From: Lama glama
Lineage: Eukaryota
DNA length: 64,000 nucleotides
Assembly: GCA_028534125.1 (NCBI GenBank)
Contig: CM052817.1
Coordinates: forward strand, 80,974,001 to 81,038,000
Direction: 5' to 3'
Both the position numbers and the translations under genes were made by a program. Below the pieces are notes generated by a model. That model did no database searches and was not told the origin of the DNA. It saw nothing but the letters and a program-made list of their open reading frames with translations. Numbering within the stretch: position 1 is the stretch's first letter; each line of letters opens with the position of its first letter. Below are positions 36,918-51,133 of the stretch, in pieces.

Positions 36918-38599
36918 AAGATGATCTTCAATATCAGTACAAGTAAAGAGTAGGATCATAACTAGGATTCTTTGTTGGGTAGTTTTAAATTGGACGAATC
37001 TGGCTGAATTGATTCAGTGATTTGGGGTTCTTGTGGATTTAACTCATCCCTTGAAATTTCAGTTTTGCTCTATTCCAGATGACAAAGTCCCTGTGCCAAA
37101 CAAAGCCAGAATCTTTTTTTAAGGCTCTATTGAATTTTATGTGCACTTGTGAAGGGCTATGGTTTTTATCATCAAACCACAAAAAAAGCAGGATTAAGAT
37201 ATGTGGGCTTCCAGTGATGGTGAAAACTTCACATTAACTAAGGATGAAAGGCTCAACAGAGCTGAGCAAGTTCAGATTAGGTTTGGCAAATTTATTGTTA
37301 TTTTCCAGAAAACTAGCCAAGTATCACACGGGGGACTACCCATCCTCTCTTCCTCCATCACCACATGTTTCCCTTTGCACCAATTGTGACATTAAGATTT
37401 TGGCAACTTTGCTCTGGATTTATGGGAATTGGAAAGAAGGCTAATAGGCAGCAAACTCTTGGGCTCTCTTTGTGGATATCCATTCCCAATGAAGTTCACA
37501 TTTTGAAATATGCTATTGCTGATATCTGCCTCTTATATGAAATCTTACCCTTAAAATGTCCCAGATTTTCTGTGATATGACTTGCTCTCAGAAAAATACT
37601 GTCATTGTGAGATTGCTGAGAACCCTTAATACTGATATAATACTTTCCCCTAAATGGCAGTGCTTGTTCTGAAATATTACAAAAATATATTTTGTTATAA
37701 ATAAGTTTTCAATAGACCAAGTATCATCCACAGGTCAGTCTTCATCTGCCATCCCACATGGTGACATCTATAGACACTGGCATTTGAAAACTTGAGTTTC
37801 AGATCTGATTTTATTCCCTGTCCTGCTGTGCAAGCTTAGAAAATGACTTCACTTGTGTGAGCATCACTTCTAGAAGAAATAAGGCTTATAATAGAATACA
37901 TATTCATGTCAGAGACCTAGCTGGATGGAAAAAAATGGCACATTCAATAGGGTTGATGAAAGAGAGTTTAACGAAAGGATTTATGGATGAGATTAAGGGA
38001 AACTAGCAAGGTAATGAAAAAGCCCAAGTCAGTGCCAGCAAGAATGCATTACTATCTTTACATCTCAATGGGTGAGAAAGGGAGTGGTTACCTGAAGTTT
38101 CAAGAACTACGTAAGTAGATAAAGGCTGCCCAGTTATTGATGATCTTTCTGTTTTACTTAATGCTCTTGCAACAATGTATTTTTTAAACAATTCTTGTCA
38201 CTCTTTCTTTACCTGTTCTTACAGACCCATGTCTTCTAGTGGATATATTCCTGCCTTTGACATCAGGTTTCAGTATATGACTTGCTAATTAGCAACTTTA
38301 ATAGCCAAGGTATGTATCTGCCAATTCTCTTTCCTTTCTGGCATATCCTAGGTAAGGGGTTGCTCCTTCAGCCTTGATTTGGAAGGAAGAGGTTAGGGAG
38401 TAGAGCCATATTTAACCCATGAAAGATATAAAATAGACAGAGACTAATCCTTTGTTGTTGTAATTTATCATTGCTGTTTCCTTAGTGTAACCTGCCTTAT
38501 TCAGCTTATGAATTTAACAAATATTCTTAACAAAAATCTAAAGCTGATAAGCAGCTTTACTATCCTCCCAGATAACACAAGATACTGAGAATAGTTTAT

Positions 38600-39290
38600 A
38601 TGCTACTTTTGATTTTTACTTTATTCTACCTTTTTTTAATCCTCAAAAGAGAAATGATTATTTCACATCATCAGTATTTGTTTAAATTTACCCACATATT
38701 TAACATTTTATCTTCTCACTATTCTATTTTTTTCCACCTTGTATTCTAGGTTTGTTCTCCTGCTTCCTCAAGTACATTATCTCAATTCCAGAGTCTAGAA
38801 GTTCCTTTGGAGAAGGTCTGTGGTGATAAACTCGCACTATTTTTGTTTCTTTGAATATGCCTTTATGTCACGTTCATCTTAATAAACAGTTCCACAGTAC
38901 ACATAATTCCTGTTGCACAGTTATCTTCTCTTGTACATTTAAAATGTTTCAAAGTGGGTTTTATTGTTATTGTTGAGGAGTCACTCAGTTAGTGCAAATG
39001 TTGTTCCCAAGCAGCCGATTTCCTGTTTTTGCCCTGATTGCCTTTAAGTTCTGTTCTTTGTTTCTCTTCTGATATTTGATTATCATATGTTTGGGTTCAC
39101 TTTATGTATTGTGTTTGGAGTCATTGTATTTCCTGACTTCGAGAATACAAGCCTTTCACAATTTTTGGAAAATTTTCAATCATTAAGTCTAAATACTTTG
39201 CTTACCTAATCTTTTCAGTGTCTACTTCTGATACTCCAATAAGACATATATTGAACTTCTCACTCTCCATTCCATCTCTTTTAACAGATA
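38600..39290 (-). mobile_element. Ancient L1ME ORF1-region remnant (antisense)
   Basis: gaaggtctgtggtgataaactc; ttttggaaaattttcaatcatta; cttctgatactccaataagacatatattgaacttct. Confidence 0.55.
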
Positions 39291-39519
39291 CTTAAAAATT
39301 TTATTTTAGAGGGAAAACAGTAGTAAATTTTTCCTTCTCATTTCCTAATCCTAATTACACGGAATGATAGTCATAGATGATAAATCTGTCAGATCACAGC
39401 TATCTGAGTTAGGGGCTAGACATATCTTTTTACATTCAGAATTGGTTTATAAAATTACTTTTCTGAAATTATTTATAAAACTTTTAGATCTGATTAATCT
39501 ACTCAAGAGAGAGTAAGCT

Positions 39520-41165
39520 CATTGCAAAAATTTCACAGGAATAGCAAAGGAAACCATCAATAAAACAAAAAGCAACCTACTGAATGGGAGAAAATATTTA
39601 CAAAAATCATGTATCTGATAAGGAGTTAATATCCAACATATATAAAGAGCTTAACAGCTCAATAGAAAAAAGGGGAAAAAAACCCAATCTGACTAAAAAT
39701 GTGTAGAGGATCAAGAGATACAAATTACTATGCATAAAATAAATAAGCAACAAGGATATGCTGTACAGCACAGGGAAATATAATCATTACTTTGTAGTAA
39801 CTTTAGACGGAGTATGATCTATTAAAAATATAGAATTACTATGTTGTATACCTGAAACTAATATAATATTATAAATCAACTGTATTTCAATTTTAAAAAG
39901 TAATTTATAATCTTCTGATTGTAAGACTGTCTAGTTGGTCTCTATAAAGGTGCTAATAAGAATATTACTTATTTTGAAACTTGTGGATCCTTCTGGAATA
40001 ACATAAATTTTTCTGTCAGGTGTTAATGATTCAAATGAAACCCACTAGTTATACCCATCAAATCTTTAAATGGATTCTAGTATTCTTATGTTCACAGTTT
40101 GGACAATTAACTATTTGAAAATACTGTTTAATAGCACTTACCTCCCACTCCAATCTAGAAATGACACACAGTCATTTTAACAAAGGATTCTCTACCAAAA
40201 AAAAAATAATGGGCAGAAGATCTGAACAGACATTTTTCCAAGGAAGATGTACAGATAGCTAACAGGTACATGAAAGATGTTCAATATCACTAATCATCAG
40301 GGAAATGGAAATCGAAATCACTTCATACCTGTCAGAATGACTATTATCAAAAATATAAGAAATAGCAAGTGTTGGTGAGATGTGGAGAAAGGGGAACCTT
40401 TGTGCACTGTTGGTGGAAACGTAAATTACCGTAGCCACTATTGAAAACAGTATGGAGTTTCCTCAAAAAATCACAAATAAAACTACTATATGAACCAGAA
40501 ATTCCACTTTGGGGTATTTGTCCAAAGAAAATGAAAACATTAACTTGAAAAGATATATGCATCCCCATGTTCACTGCAGCATTACTTACAATAGGCAAGA
40601 TATGGAAACAACCTAAGTGTCCAATGAAGAGTGAATGGATAAAGAAAAAACTCATAGAGTATACATACGGGGAATACTATTCAGCCATAAAAAGAATGAA
40701 ATCTCACCATTTGTGACAACATGGATGGACCTTAAAAGCATCATGTTAAATAAGTCAGATAGAGAAAGACAAATACTGTATGATCTCGATAAAACAAAAC
40801 AAAACAAACTCCAAACTGGGCTCACAGATACAGAGAACAGCTTGGGATTGCCAGAGGCTGGGGGTGAGGAGTGGGTGAAACAGGTTAAGGGAGTCAAAAA
40901 GATTCTAACTTCCAGTTATAAAATAAATAAGTCATGAGGATTTAATATACTACATGGCAACTATTGTTATTAATACTGCACTGCATATTTGAATGTTGTT
41001 GAGAGTAGACCTTAAAAGTTTTTATCATAAGAAAAACATTCTGTAACTATAGATGATAACTAGACTTACTGTGCAGATCATTTCCAATATATGTAAATAT
41101 CAAATCATTATGTTGTACACCTGAAATTAATAGTTTGTCAATTATATCTCAATTTTTAAAAATTC
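39520..41165 (+). mobile_element. L1MA-type 3' element (39520-39712 + 40208-41165), split by a second L1 insertion
   Basis: ORF2 3' sequence stops at aaaaatgtgtagaggatc and resumes at aatgggcagaagatctgaacagac. Confidence 0.85.
39713..40207 (+). mobile_element. Short L1 3' end (39713-39900) plus about 300 bp of putative 3'-transduced sequence and an A-tail
   Basis: 3' UTR terminus ends tttcaattttaaaaag, then non-L1 sequence, A10 at 40197-40206 and a degenerate 15-bp TSD. Confidence 0.7.
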
Positions 41166-41959
41166 ACAAGAATATTTGCCTTTGAATATTTTGATAAACC
41201 TAAATATTTGACATAACTTGTTTGCTATCTGTTAATTATGTCGTTTATAACTTCTGTATTTTGATCCATGTAATTTTTTGATTCTATATAATTTGTTTAT
41301 TAGAAATGAGTTTATGATTAAAAATTCTTAGTGTGAATATATTTAAAATTTTGTTTTCTTAATTTTAGAATTATCCATTTTTTATTAGAAAACACACACA
41401 CACACACACACAATAACAAATGGGGAGAATACTGAGAATGGCATATAGTTCTTTCCAAAGAGAAAATACACCTGGCCTTGAAAAGCCACAGAATAATATT
41501 TTTAAAACATCAATTTACTCCTCTTAATAGGATAAATGTAATTTCTAAGTCATTTTTTTTCTAACGTAAACAAGGTTTTGGAATAGACTAAAATTCACGC
41601 CTCAAAAGATAATTATTGAATAAATACCTGGAGAACTTTCTGACCATAATTTCAGTAATGGAAAATAATTTCAGGCCTGAACATTATATTAGTGATGAAG
41701 ATTTACTTAGGGAAATAAAGAATTTAAAGAGAGGAAACACATTTTCAAATGTATGAATTACTCCCCCTTTGAAGTTCAGGGCTTGACGAAGTTGATTTGG
41801 GATTTGACTGCTCAAAAGTAATGTAAAACCAATATGTGAGATGAAAGACATAAAAAATGTGACCTTCCTTATTCAAGGTACATTATATAGTCAAAGATAA
41901 GTTGCAAATGTTTATAGTATAATTTTAGTAAATGGGAAACAGTAAAGCAATTATGTAAA

Positions 41960-42520
41960 ACTAAAAGAGTGTAGCATTTAAGAATCTAAGCTTTAAAATA
42001 AGATTTCCTAGATTCAAATCTCTGGTTCCACCACAGCTAATGCTGGTTGACTTTGGGCAGCTTTTCCTCTCTTTGCTTGTTTCTTGTGACTTGGAGATAC
42101 TAGACTCTACCTCATATTTTTTTTTAATAAACAGATTTATTCTAAAATGCTTAATACAGTGACTGGCATGTAATAAGTGCTCAATGCATGTGAGATATTA
42201 TTGCCATTTATTACTGCTATGATTATAATGGTTAAAAAAACACTTTCATTACATTGTCTTATTATCTTGCTCTTTTCTGAGGTTGATTATATATGAGTGT
42301 GTGTGTGTTAAGTTTTACTAAATTGTGCTTCAGAAAAGTCAATAAGCAGACTTATATTTTGAGGTCCAATTATAAACCAGTATTAAAAAGTCCATATCTC
42401 CTAGTGGTTAAGAAGACAGCTGACTCTTAAAAGTAGACTACCACTTCCTATCTGAGTGACCTACGGCAAGTTACTTAATCTGTGTGTCTACAGATGATTA
42501 GCTTCTAAAATAGACGCAGA
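41960..42520 (+). mobile_element. Two MIR remnants
   Basis: cctagattcaaatctctggttccacc..gactttgggcag..aatacagtgactggcatgtaataagtgctcaat; gagtgacctacggcaagttacttaatc. Confidence 0.65.
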
Positions 42521-45500
42521 AATTACATGGGTTGATTTTCCATGTCCTTACCTACCACTGCAAATGCCACCCAGTTATATTGCATTTAGTCATTTCTTTT
42601 TTTCCTTCTCTTCTTCTGCCTTCTTCCAAATTCAAGTGAACCACATACGCTGTATTTTTAAAAATAATGGTCTATTAACCTTAAATAGATCATAGACCTA
42701 AAGTAGTTTTGAAATGTTACCAATTAAATCTTTTCTTGTCTACATTTCTACATCAATTTTTAACTTTAATTTGAGATTTGGAAAATACACATGTAAATAA
42801 AATAGAACAAATTTCATTATTTGTTTAAAAATGTTTCTTTAAAGTGTATAGAAGTTCTTTAAACAGCAACTTGTCTATTGTGTTTTGCTCCAGAAAACAT
42901 AAAATAATTTCAGCTAAAGGAGTTTTGAGGTGGCCTGTGAGTAAAAAACATACCATTAAAATATAATTTATCCATTGAAAACTACTGAGTAGCAGTAAAC
43001 TCTTAAAACATTATACGCAATGACTAAAATTAGCTATCCTCTTCAATGAAAAAGTCATAAGAAAATGACTGAATTCTGATACACAAGTTAAGGAATACTT
43101 TTGTGTGTCAATTGCTACAAATGAAGTACCTATATGTGTAATAAACTGACCAAAAATCAAAGGAAATTTTAACTTGATATTCATATCCTATTGTATATTG
43201 ATATTCATATTCATAGTCTATGAATATCAAGTTAAAATATATAATATATAAAATAATAATATTTTATAATATGTCTTAAGGTAAAATTAACTTTTTCCAA
43301 AAAGTCTATTTACTTAGATAATGAAGTATAATAGAAAATTTGACTATTTAAAACATGTTTTTACATATATTATTCATTCTGATTATTTTCATTGACAGAT
43401 GGCAGATGAAGAACATGAGACTAAGATCAAGCACCTGCACATACAATTTCTGACTTTAAGCACTAGGTCTTCTGATTTTGACTTCACTATTCTGAACATC
43501 GAGAAGGTTCAATACTTTGAAATTTAGAAATTGTAAACCACTTTTGAAAGTCAACTGAATACAAACTTTTTTTTCTGGCTGTAGTGCATGAATAAACTTT
43601 TAGAATTTTTATATCCTGCAGTGTACAGCAATCGTAAACATCTCATGGGTACTTGAAGAGATGACGACTGATAACCTACTACATTACTTACTTATAGTCA
43701 CTTACGGCAATCTTTGCTATGTTGAAAAGGGAAGGAGGGGAGGCTTTTGTTTGGAAAATAATATTAACAATGGCTAGCTGACTGTTTTACATGTAATATA
43801 TAATGATGAAAGAAAAATAAAGAGTTTTAAGCCATGCTGAATAACTCAGAGATAAGGTCAGTGGGAAGCACTGAGGATTTACCTCTACATAGGCACATTT
43901 AAGACAGTAGGCCCTGTGAACACTATCTCTCTAACCAAAGGCAATAGGGAAGCTTGAAATGCAAATACAACCAAGTTTCTCAAGCAAAAGTGATTAATCG
44001 TTTAACCAAGTGCTGGCTTTGGTTCAGAAGTGGTTGGTTACAAGAGAGCTTGGTTTGGATCATTGCTGAGCCTTGAGTTGATTGTTGTATTGAGAGGATA
44101 GTCTCAGATTTGCCATCAAGATGTTTTTTGTTGATTCTGATTAGTTTTCCAGGAAGCAGTAGCTCTGGTTCCTTCTTAAAGGGCTCTGAATACTTGACCT
44201 CTACACCCTCTGGGCTAAAGGCCATTTAAGAGGCAAGCTTAAATACATAGACTCAAGGCTCAGTGGAAATGCTCCTTATCAATGAGAGAAAAATCCCCTG
44301 ATTCTGTTTTATTCATTATTTGTCAAAAAAAGCATATGATACTGGACCATATGCCTTAATAATTTCATAAGGTTAGTCACAAATGTATAGACAAAGGACC
44401 TTTAACATAGTGAGAGTTGATAATTCCGGAGAGAAACAGGGCAAGCAAACTGTATAGAACTTAAAAGTATTTATATTTGAGAAAAGACAATGGGTCCAAA
44501 TCCGAGTTATTACATTATTGAGAAAAATGCAAATGAAGATTGGATGACAATAAAATCATCTGTTTTCTTGTGCTTTTTTGGCCATGTTGCCACCAGAAGA
44601 TTGTTTTCATATTAAAAACAAACAGTTAAATTATGGAGAGTTAGAGATCCTGCTACTTTGGCACAAGTGGCAATAATGGCAAACCTGTATATTTTGTTAT
44701 ACAGGTGAATATCTAATAGGGTAAAATTAAATGGTTGTATGAAAAATACACTATAACTATTAAAAAAATGTAATTCTGAGTGCATTAGGGAGACAGATGT
44801 GCAATTGTGTTTTGTCAGTTACTATAAGAACTTACTGTGGTTCAGTGAATCAAGTTGCATAAATAAATTTTACCCGTTGCTGGCTTTGATAAAAGCAAGC
44901 AAGCAAGCAAAAAAAAAAAAAAAAAAAAACTCCCAAACAAATTTAAATACATAGTTTTTAGAGTAATTTCCCCTCTGTCCCATCCTGCTCAAGGATTTGA
45001 AAGATGATAACATTTAAGGAAACATTTCCAGTTTTTGTCTTTGGGAAAGGTCAGAGGTATAGAAATTTTTCTAAGAATGGATAGGGAGGGTCGGTTTGCC
45101 TCGGGCCATTGGAGTACATTTGATTAGAGGGGAAGGAAACCAACAACAAAATCAGTCTTTAGATAGCTTTCCTGGAGTGTTGACTCCCCATACTAATTGT
45201 CAATACCACCCTGCATACCATGGCCTGGATAGCAGAAACACCCCTTTCTTTCATTTTTCTTCCTTCCAAAGGCCAAACATGCTGTCTTTGGATAGATTTC
45301 AATCCTACTTTAATTCATTAAAAAGTGAAACAAAATCACCATTTACATCCTTGACAGCTGGCAGGTTTTATGTGTTCTCACTACTCTTGCCAAGTAGCAA
45401 AAGGTTTCATTCAACTCAGTCACGGATCCTTGGAGAGCTGCAAGTGTGGAGCCCATCAAAACACAATGCTAACAATGGCACAGGAGCTGCAGGCATGGGG

Positions 45501-48500
45501 GTATTATGCCAACCCACCGGTGTGTAGGAAGTCATCACTTTTTAAAACTTCAAAAAGGAACTACAACAAAAGGTTTGAGAGGGCTCAGATCACAGGGAGT
45601 TTCTGTGCCACTTGGGGTAGAAACATACCAAGATGTTATTGATTATCTTTAATATACATTATAGATATTTAAAGTAAGAAATGTATTTTTAAGAGAACAT
45701 ACATAGTAAAAGGAATATGGGAATTTAATTAGCTTCCATTAAAAAAACAGAGAACCGTGGAACTTGTAATGGGTGACTGAAAATAAAACAGAACTGGTAA
45801 CAGCAGAATTTGGGGGATTTGAAATACATTTCCTTTGATTAAAAAAATACCTCTAATTTCCTATGAAGATGGAGGTGTGTTATGCACAGGATGGGGATAA
45901 AATAATGAATTATGACCTTCTTTATGTTATTTTTTTGCAGAAACAAAGAACTAAATTAAAACATATGCCCATAAGGGATTACTAGCTATAAATTAATTAA
46001 TTATGGTAAAGTTTAGATTCTTCTTTCCAACTGTAATTACCTGTTGGCTTAGAGAAGATCTTGGTTAATTATGATGATCAATAGCCTTGCAGTCAGAGAT
46101 AATACAAGAAAAAGGTAACTAAGTGTTAATTGCATTTCTCAGCCAAGATTAATTTACACAGATACTAAATAATACTGAAGGAGGCCATTAGCCTGGTGTT
46201 TAGAAATCTACTCGAACTCTGATTCTCTTAGTTCCTATCCCATTTTTGTTTGAGTAGATTGACTTTAAGCAAATTACTTAATCTAAGTGTCAAAATATTT
46301 ATTTACAAATTGGAATAAAATAACGTATATACTTCATAGTGTGAAGATCAAATAAGATAAAGATACATTATTAGCACATTAGAAGCATTCAAAGATGTTA
46401 ATTATAATTATTACCATAATCTAAGGTATACATTCAATTTACCAGTTTCCAGACGTATCACTTTAAATAATATATTCAAGTGCTATACTTATGAAGGAGG
46501 ACTCTATCACCACCTTCGACCATGAAGGTCAAATGGATGCCGCTGCTCAGCTTTGTCCTTAGTGCTTTAAAGTATAATCAGAATTTTAATTTAGATCCCT
46601 ATTTTTAGGTTTATACTTAAAACTTTTTGACAAAACAACAGGGGTTAGAAATAGACCTAGAATCAAATGGAGAGCATATGCTCTGCTTACCTTTTAATTT
46701 TTGTATTTATATTTTAACACCTAAAATAAATTGTTTTACTTAATTAGCATGCATATACATGTGTTTATGTACATATTCAGCCTTTGAGGAAAATATCACC
46801 ACCATTATGAAGGGCATCAGGAAGGGATCTGTAGCTGCTTTCATAACTGAGTATCAATCCTGCCCAAATCAACATGTCTGGCTTTGTTAAATTAAATAAT
46901 AACCAGGCATAAGAAACTATTTACCAATCTTTACTAAATTATAAAAAAAATAGCCGTTTTGTTAATCATGGACTGGTTCTTTTACTTGACTGGATTATTT
47001 TCATGTTGTTTCAGTTAGTTATTTTTATATACTTACTATTTTTTGATCTCTACTTTTTATCTCAGGTAGGAGAAATGGCTCAGATCTGCAACTCCAGCCC
47101 AGAAAGAAGACTAGTTTGGGCTCTAAAACTAAAAAGCCAGGGGAACTGACTTTTCTGGCGAAGTGAAATCACTATGGCATGTGTTCAGCTTTAAGTTGTT
47201 TCATTTATCAAGTCAACATATTCGTAAAACAACTTGCTTTTAGAAAACCATTTTGTTGCTTTTTGCCTGTGCAAGATCCTGTCTGTTGCAGATGTAATCC
47301 CAGGGCTAGTGTCTGCCACAAAATTAATTTGCAGAAAAACAATAGAGTGACTTCTGGTCACTATTCTTTTTGTGTTCTTATTTATCCTGATGTGGGAAGA
47401 TGAGAGACATATTTTGTTTCCAACCAGACGTTACAGTGAGAAGTTTGGAATACATTTTTAGATAGCAGGCAAGACCAAGAAATCTTTATCTAGAGGTTTA
47501 TAAGGCTTCTACTTTGTAAGTTCTGAAGTTTTTAGACTGGTACAAAATTACAAACTTCAACATATGTAAATATATTAGAAATGCCAAATCACAAAAGATG
47601 TCATAGCAATTTTGTCTTTGTGAATTGTTAAATTTCTTTAAAATTTAAGCTACAATTTTAAAGCCTATTGTTATGTAAGGCCTGCATGCTTCAAGCGGAA
47701 GACAACTGTCATGATGGAGGCTTTTGGTCCAAAAGAAAGATATTTCCAACATCTCAAAGGCAAAATATTTAAAGATGAAATCTTACTCTTAAAAAAAAAA
47801 ATTAAAAAAACTCCCTCCTATAAGAGTACCATTTTTTGTAAGTTGTTAAAGTACAATTTTCCAAAATGTAAAACATGACACTCATACAAATAAAAAATAA
47901 ACATATGTCAACAACTGTATTCAACTCATTAATTAATGAGAGAACCAGTCATAATTAGGGAACTGCTAAGACTAACTCAAAAAGCTTTGAGAAGCTGAGT
48001 ATCTAAAAGAGTTTAATACAGGCCATTTTGAATAAGATCGTAAGGTTAGGTACAATGCTGGTTTAATCTCCTAAAGGGCAAAAAACAAAACAAAACAAAA
48101 CAAAAACAAAACCCCATAATCTTTCAGGTTATCTTTTATTTTGAACAGAAATTATTCACATATCTACCAGATAAAAATCTGTAAGTTAACATGCAACTCC
48201 ATTAAGTCTGAGACTTTAATCAGCCATAAACAAGGAATTGAGAAAAAGAATATATTCTTATAAGTACTTAAGTAATTGTTGAGTAGGAATGTGCTCATCT
48301 GCTGTTGAAAAGAAGTAGCACTTCCTTCTTTTTTTTTTTTTTTGCCTTATTTTCAACTCTTTATAATTCTTCTTAACAAAATAAAATCACGATTTTCCGT
48401 AGCTAGGAATATCGTATTTTTCTACTGTCACTCAGGTTGTACTGAATCTTATTGATCCTTTTTTCACAATATCTCCAGCATAATATTTCTAAAGCACACT

Positions 48501-49264
48501 GCATAAGACAAGGGGGATCCATGGGCAAATATACTTAGATAAAATAACATGTTCTTTTTTCCATAACCAATGAAGTTAAAATTGAATCTTGGATAAAATT
48601 AGAATTAGTGTGGAAGAGTGGACAGATATGTACAGTCTTAGAAAGAGCTACAATACAGATCAGGGACAACAAAAGGACTACCATATTGGAATGGAACTTT
48701 AGTTAGAGACAGCTAAGAGATTAAAGTTGTTTTTCTTTGTAAAAATACTCTATTTACTTGCCTTTAAATGTCTTTCTTTCTTTGACATTAGTGATAAAAT
48801 GGATATAGAGATACTTATCATACTTGGAAATAAGAGATACTCTCCAACTCTAACTTCCTTATGAGCTGGAACTGAAATCAGAATAAAGTCTGGGGAGACA
48901 GAAAGGGACGTGTAAAAATGTCTCTGCTAATATTAATTTATGTGTGAGAATATGAATCTGTGTCCCCTAAGAGCTTTTCAGGTAACATTTAGGAGAAGGA
49001 ATTCTGGGGACAAAAAACAATTACAATAAGTTCAGCACTTCCTTCAATATGTGTGAGCAATTATTTGCTGTATCTTGGACCCAAATGAGTTATTAATTTC
49101 AGAGTAGCGTTGTTATTAAATACAGATAATAATACTAATAATGAGCACTTGGTATGTGTGAGGATTTCTACCCACTCATTGGTTTTGACTGTTTTCTTGT
49201 ATTTCAGCTTAGATTCATAAACCAGTCATGTGTAGCCATCTGATTCTTTTTTAAGAATGAAGTT

Positions 49265-49511
49265 CTAGTTAACAATGCTGTATGATATATAGGGAAGCTG
49301 TTAAGAGAGTAAATCCTGAGTTCTCATTACAAAGAGAATTTTTTTCTTTTATCCTTTTTTTCTTTTTATTTTATCTAGATGAGAAGATAAATGTTAGCTG
49401 AACCTACGGTGATAATCACTTTTCAATATATGAAAATCAAACCATCATGCTGTATGCCTCAAACTTATACAGTAATATATGTCAGCTATTTTTCAATAAA
49501 ACTGGAAAAAT
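49265..49511 (+). mobile_element. L1 3'-terminal fragment (L1MA/MB-like)
   Basis: gttaagagagtaaatcctgagttctcattac..aaacttatacagt..tcaataaaactggaaaaa. Confidence 0.7.
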
Positions 49512-49869
49512 GGATTTATCTTCCCACAGATTGCATATAAGTGTTGATGATTTTGCAACTGTTTGAGTTGGCTATTAATAATGCTTTTGGAACTCAGTTA
49601 TGTCTCAAGAGTTCTATCCCTGGGAAAATGAACCAATCAAAGCTGAAAGTGCATGAAGAAAATAAAATGCTGAAACGTTAAGAGGATTTATTTCTAAATT
49701 TTGATATGTATTTCAAGCAGGAGAAGTGCTAGCAAACTCTTTTTTATTGACACTTTGTGTGATATATGTTTAACCCTTAAGGTAACATGTTCCTGTCCTG
49801 TTGGATGTTCTGGTTTTGTTAAAATTGGAAATCTGCTATGTCTTTAGAATCTTGTGATATATACCTTTT

Positions 49870-51133
49870 ATTGCTTTGCTAGGGCTGCCATAATAAAGTA
49901 TCACAGACAGGGTGAATTAAACAACAATAATTTATTTCTTATAGCTCTCAAGTCTAGAAGTCTGAGATCAAAATGCTAATAGGATTAGTTTCTTTTGCAG
50001 CCTCTCTCCTTGGCTTGAAGAGGGTTGTCCTTTCCTTGTGTCTTCACATGGTCTTCCTTCTCTATGTGTCTGTGTCTGTGTCCTAATTTCCTCTCCATAT
50101 AAGGACACCAGTCATATCATATTAGGGCTACCCTAATGGCCTAATTTTAACTTAGTTACCTTTTTAAAGACATGTGAAATAACAGAAAATATATATATTG
50201 GTCTCTGCCCATGGGTCCTGGAAAAAGTCTCATGAAACCCTTTTCATTTCCTGAGTTAAAGAAATGTTTTTTGTTTTAATGAGGTGATTCAAGGCAAGCT
50301 CTTGGATGGCTCCTGAATAATCGCTAGTCACTGGAAAGGCCAAGCCATGATTAAAAACATGGGATTTTCAGGCCCACTCCCCATTCTCCTGAGAAGGGAG
50401 AAAGGCTAGAAATGGAATTAATGATCAATCATGCCTACGTGATAAAGATGCCATAAAAATCCCAAAAGTATGGGGTTTAGAGGGCTTCCAGGTGAGTGGC
50501 ACACCCCAACTTCCTGGAGACAGAAGTTCCTGGGCTTAGGACCCTCCCAGACCTCACTCTATGTATCTCTTCATCTGGTTGTTCTTCTGTAACCTTTTAT
50601 TACATTCTTTAATAAACTGATAAATATAAGTAACTGTTCCTCTGTGTTTTGTGAGCCATTTTAGTAAGTTAATCAAACCCAAATAGGGGGTCACAGGAAC
50701 CTCTGGTTTGTAGCCAAGTTGGAAAGAAGTTGTGGGTAACCTAGAAACCTACTACTTTCTATTGGCATCTGAAGTGGGGGAGGGGAGAATCACATGAGAC
50801 CGAGCCCTTAACCTGTGGGATCTGATACTATTTCCAAGTAGATGGTGTCAGAATTGAGTTACATTATAGGACACTCCGCTGCTGTCAGAGAATTTTTAGT
50901 GGAGGAAAACCCCACACATCCGATGGCAGAATTGTTGGTGTGTGTTAGCAGTGTGAGAGTAAAGGAGAAACACAGGAGGAAGGACTGGATTTTTCTCTTC
51001 TCAGGAGGAAAAGGCTGGGTTTTTTTCTTTCTTACTCAAGGCACTATCTCTAAATATAGTCACATTCTGAGGCACTGGGATTTAGGACTCCAAAATATGA
51101 ATTTGGGAGGGTACACTAATTCAGCCCATAACA
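49870..51133 (-). mobile_element. MLT1A-like solo LTR split by MER21
   Basis: ctagggctgccataataaagtatcacagac..taaggacaccagtcatat; resumes at 51044 with atagtcacattctgagg..attcagcccataaca. Confidence 0.8.
50173..51038 (+). mobile_element. MER21-family solo LTR
   Basis: TG...CA ends; aaatatatatattggtctctgccc..gatggtgtcagaattgagtt; 5-bp TSD agaca (50168-50172) / aggca (51039-51043). Confidence 0.8.

Noticed and set aside
43399..43527. Short ATG ORF (MADEEHETK...) after an acceptor-like AG
   Set aside because: Only 42 codons, unrecognised, and resembles degraded MIR-like sequence
45096..45642. 143-aa and 90-aa overlapping ORFs
   Set aside because: No domain or coding-like composition recognised; the longer one has a non-ATG start
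47820..48270. Possible ancient LTR fragment
   Set aside because: Only a vague resemblance; I could not assign ends or a family
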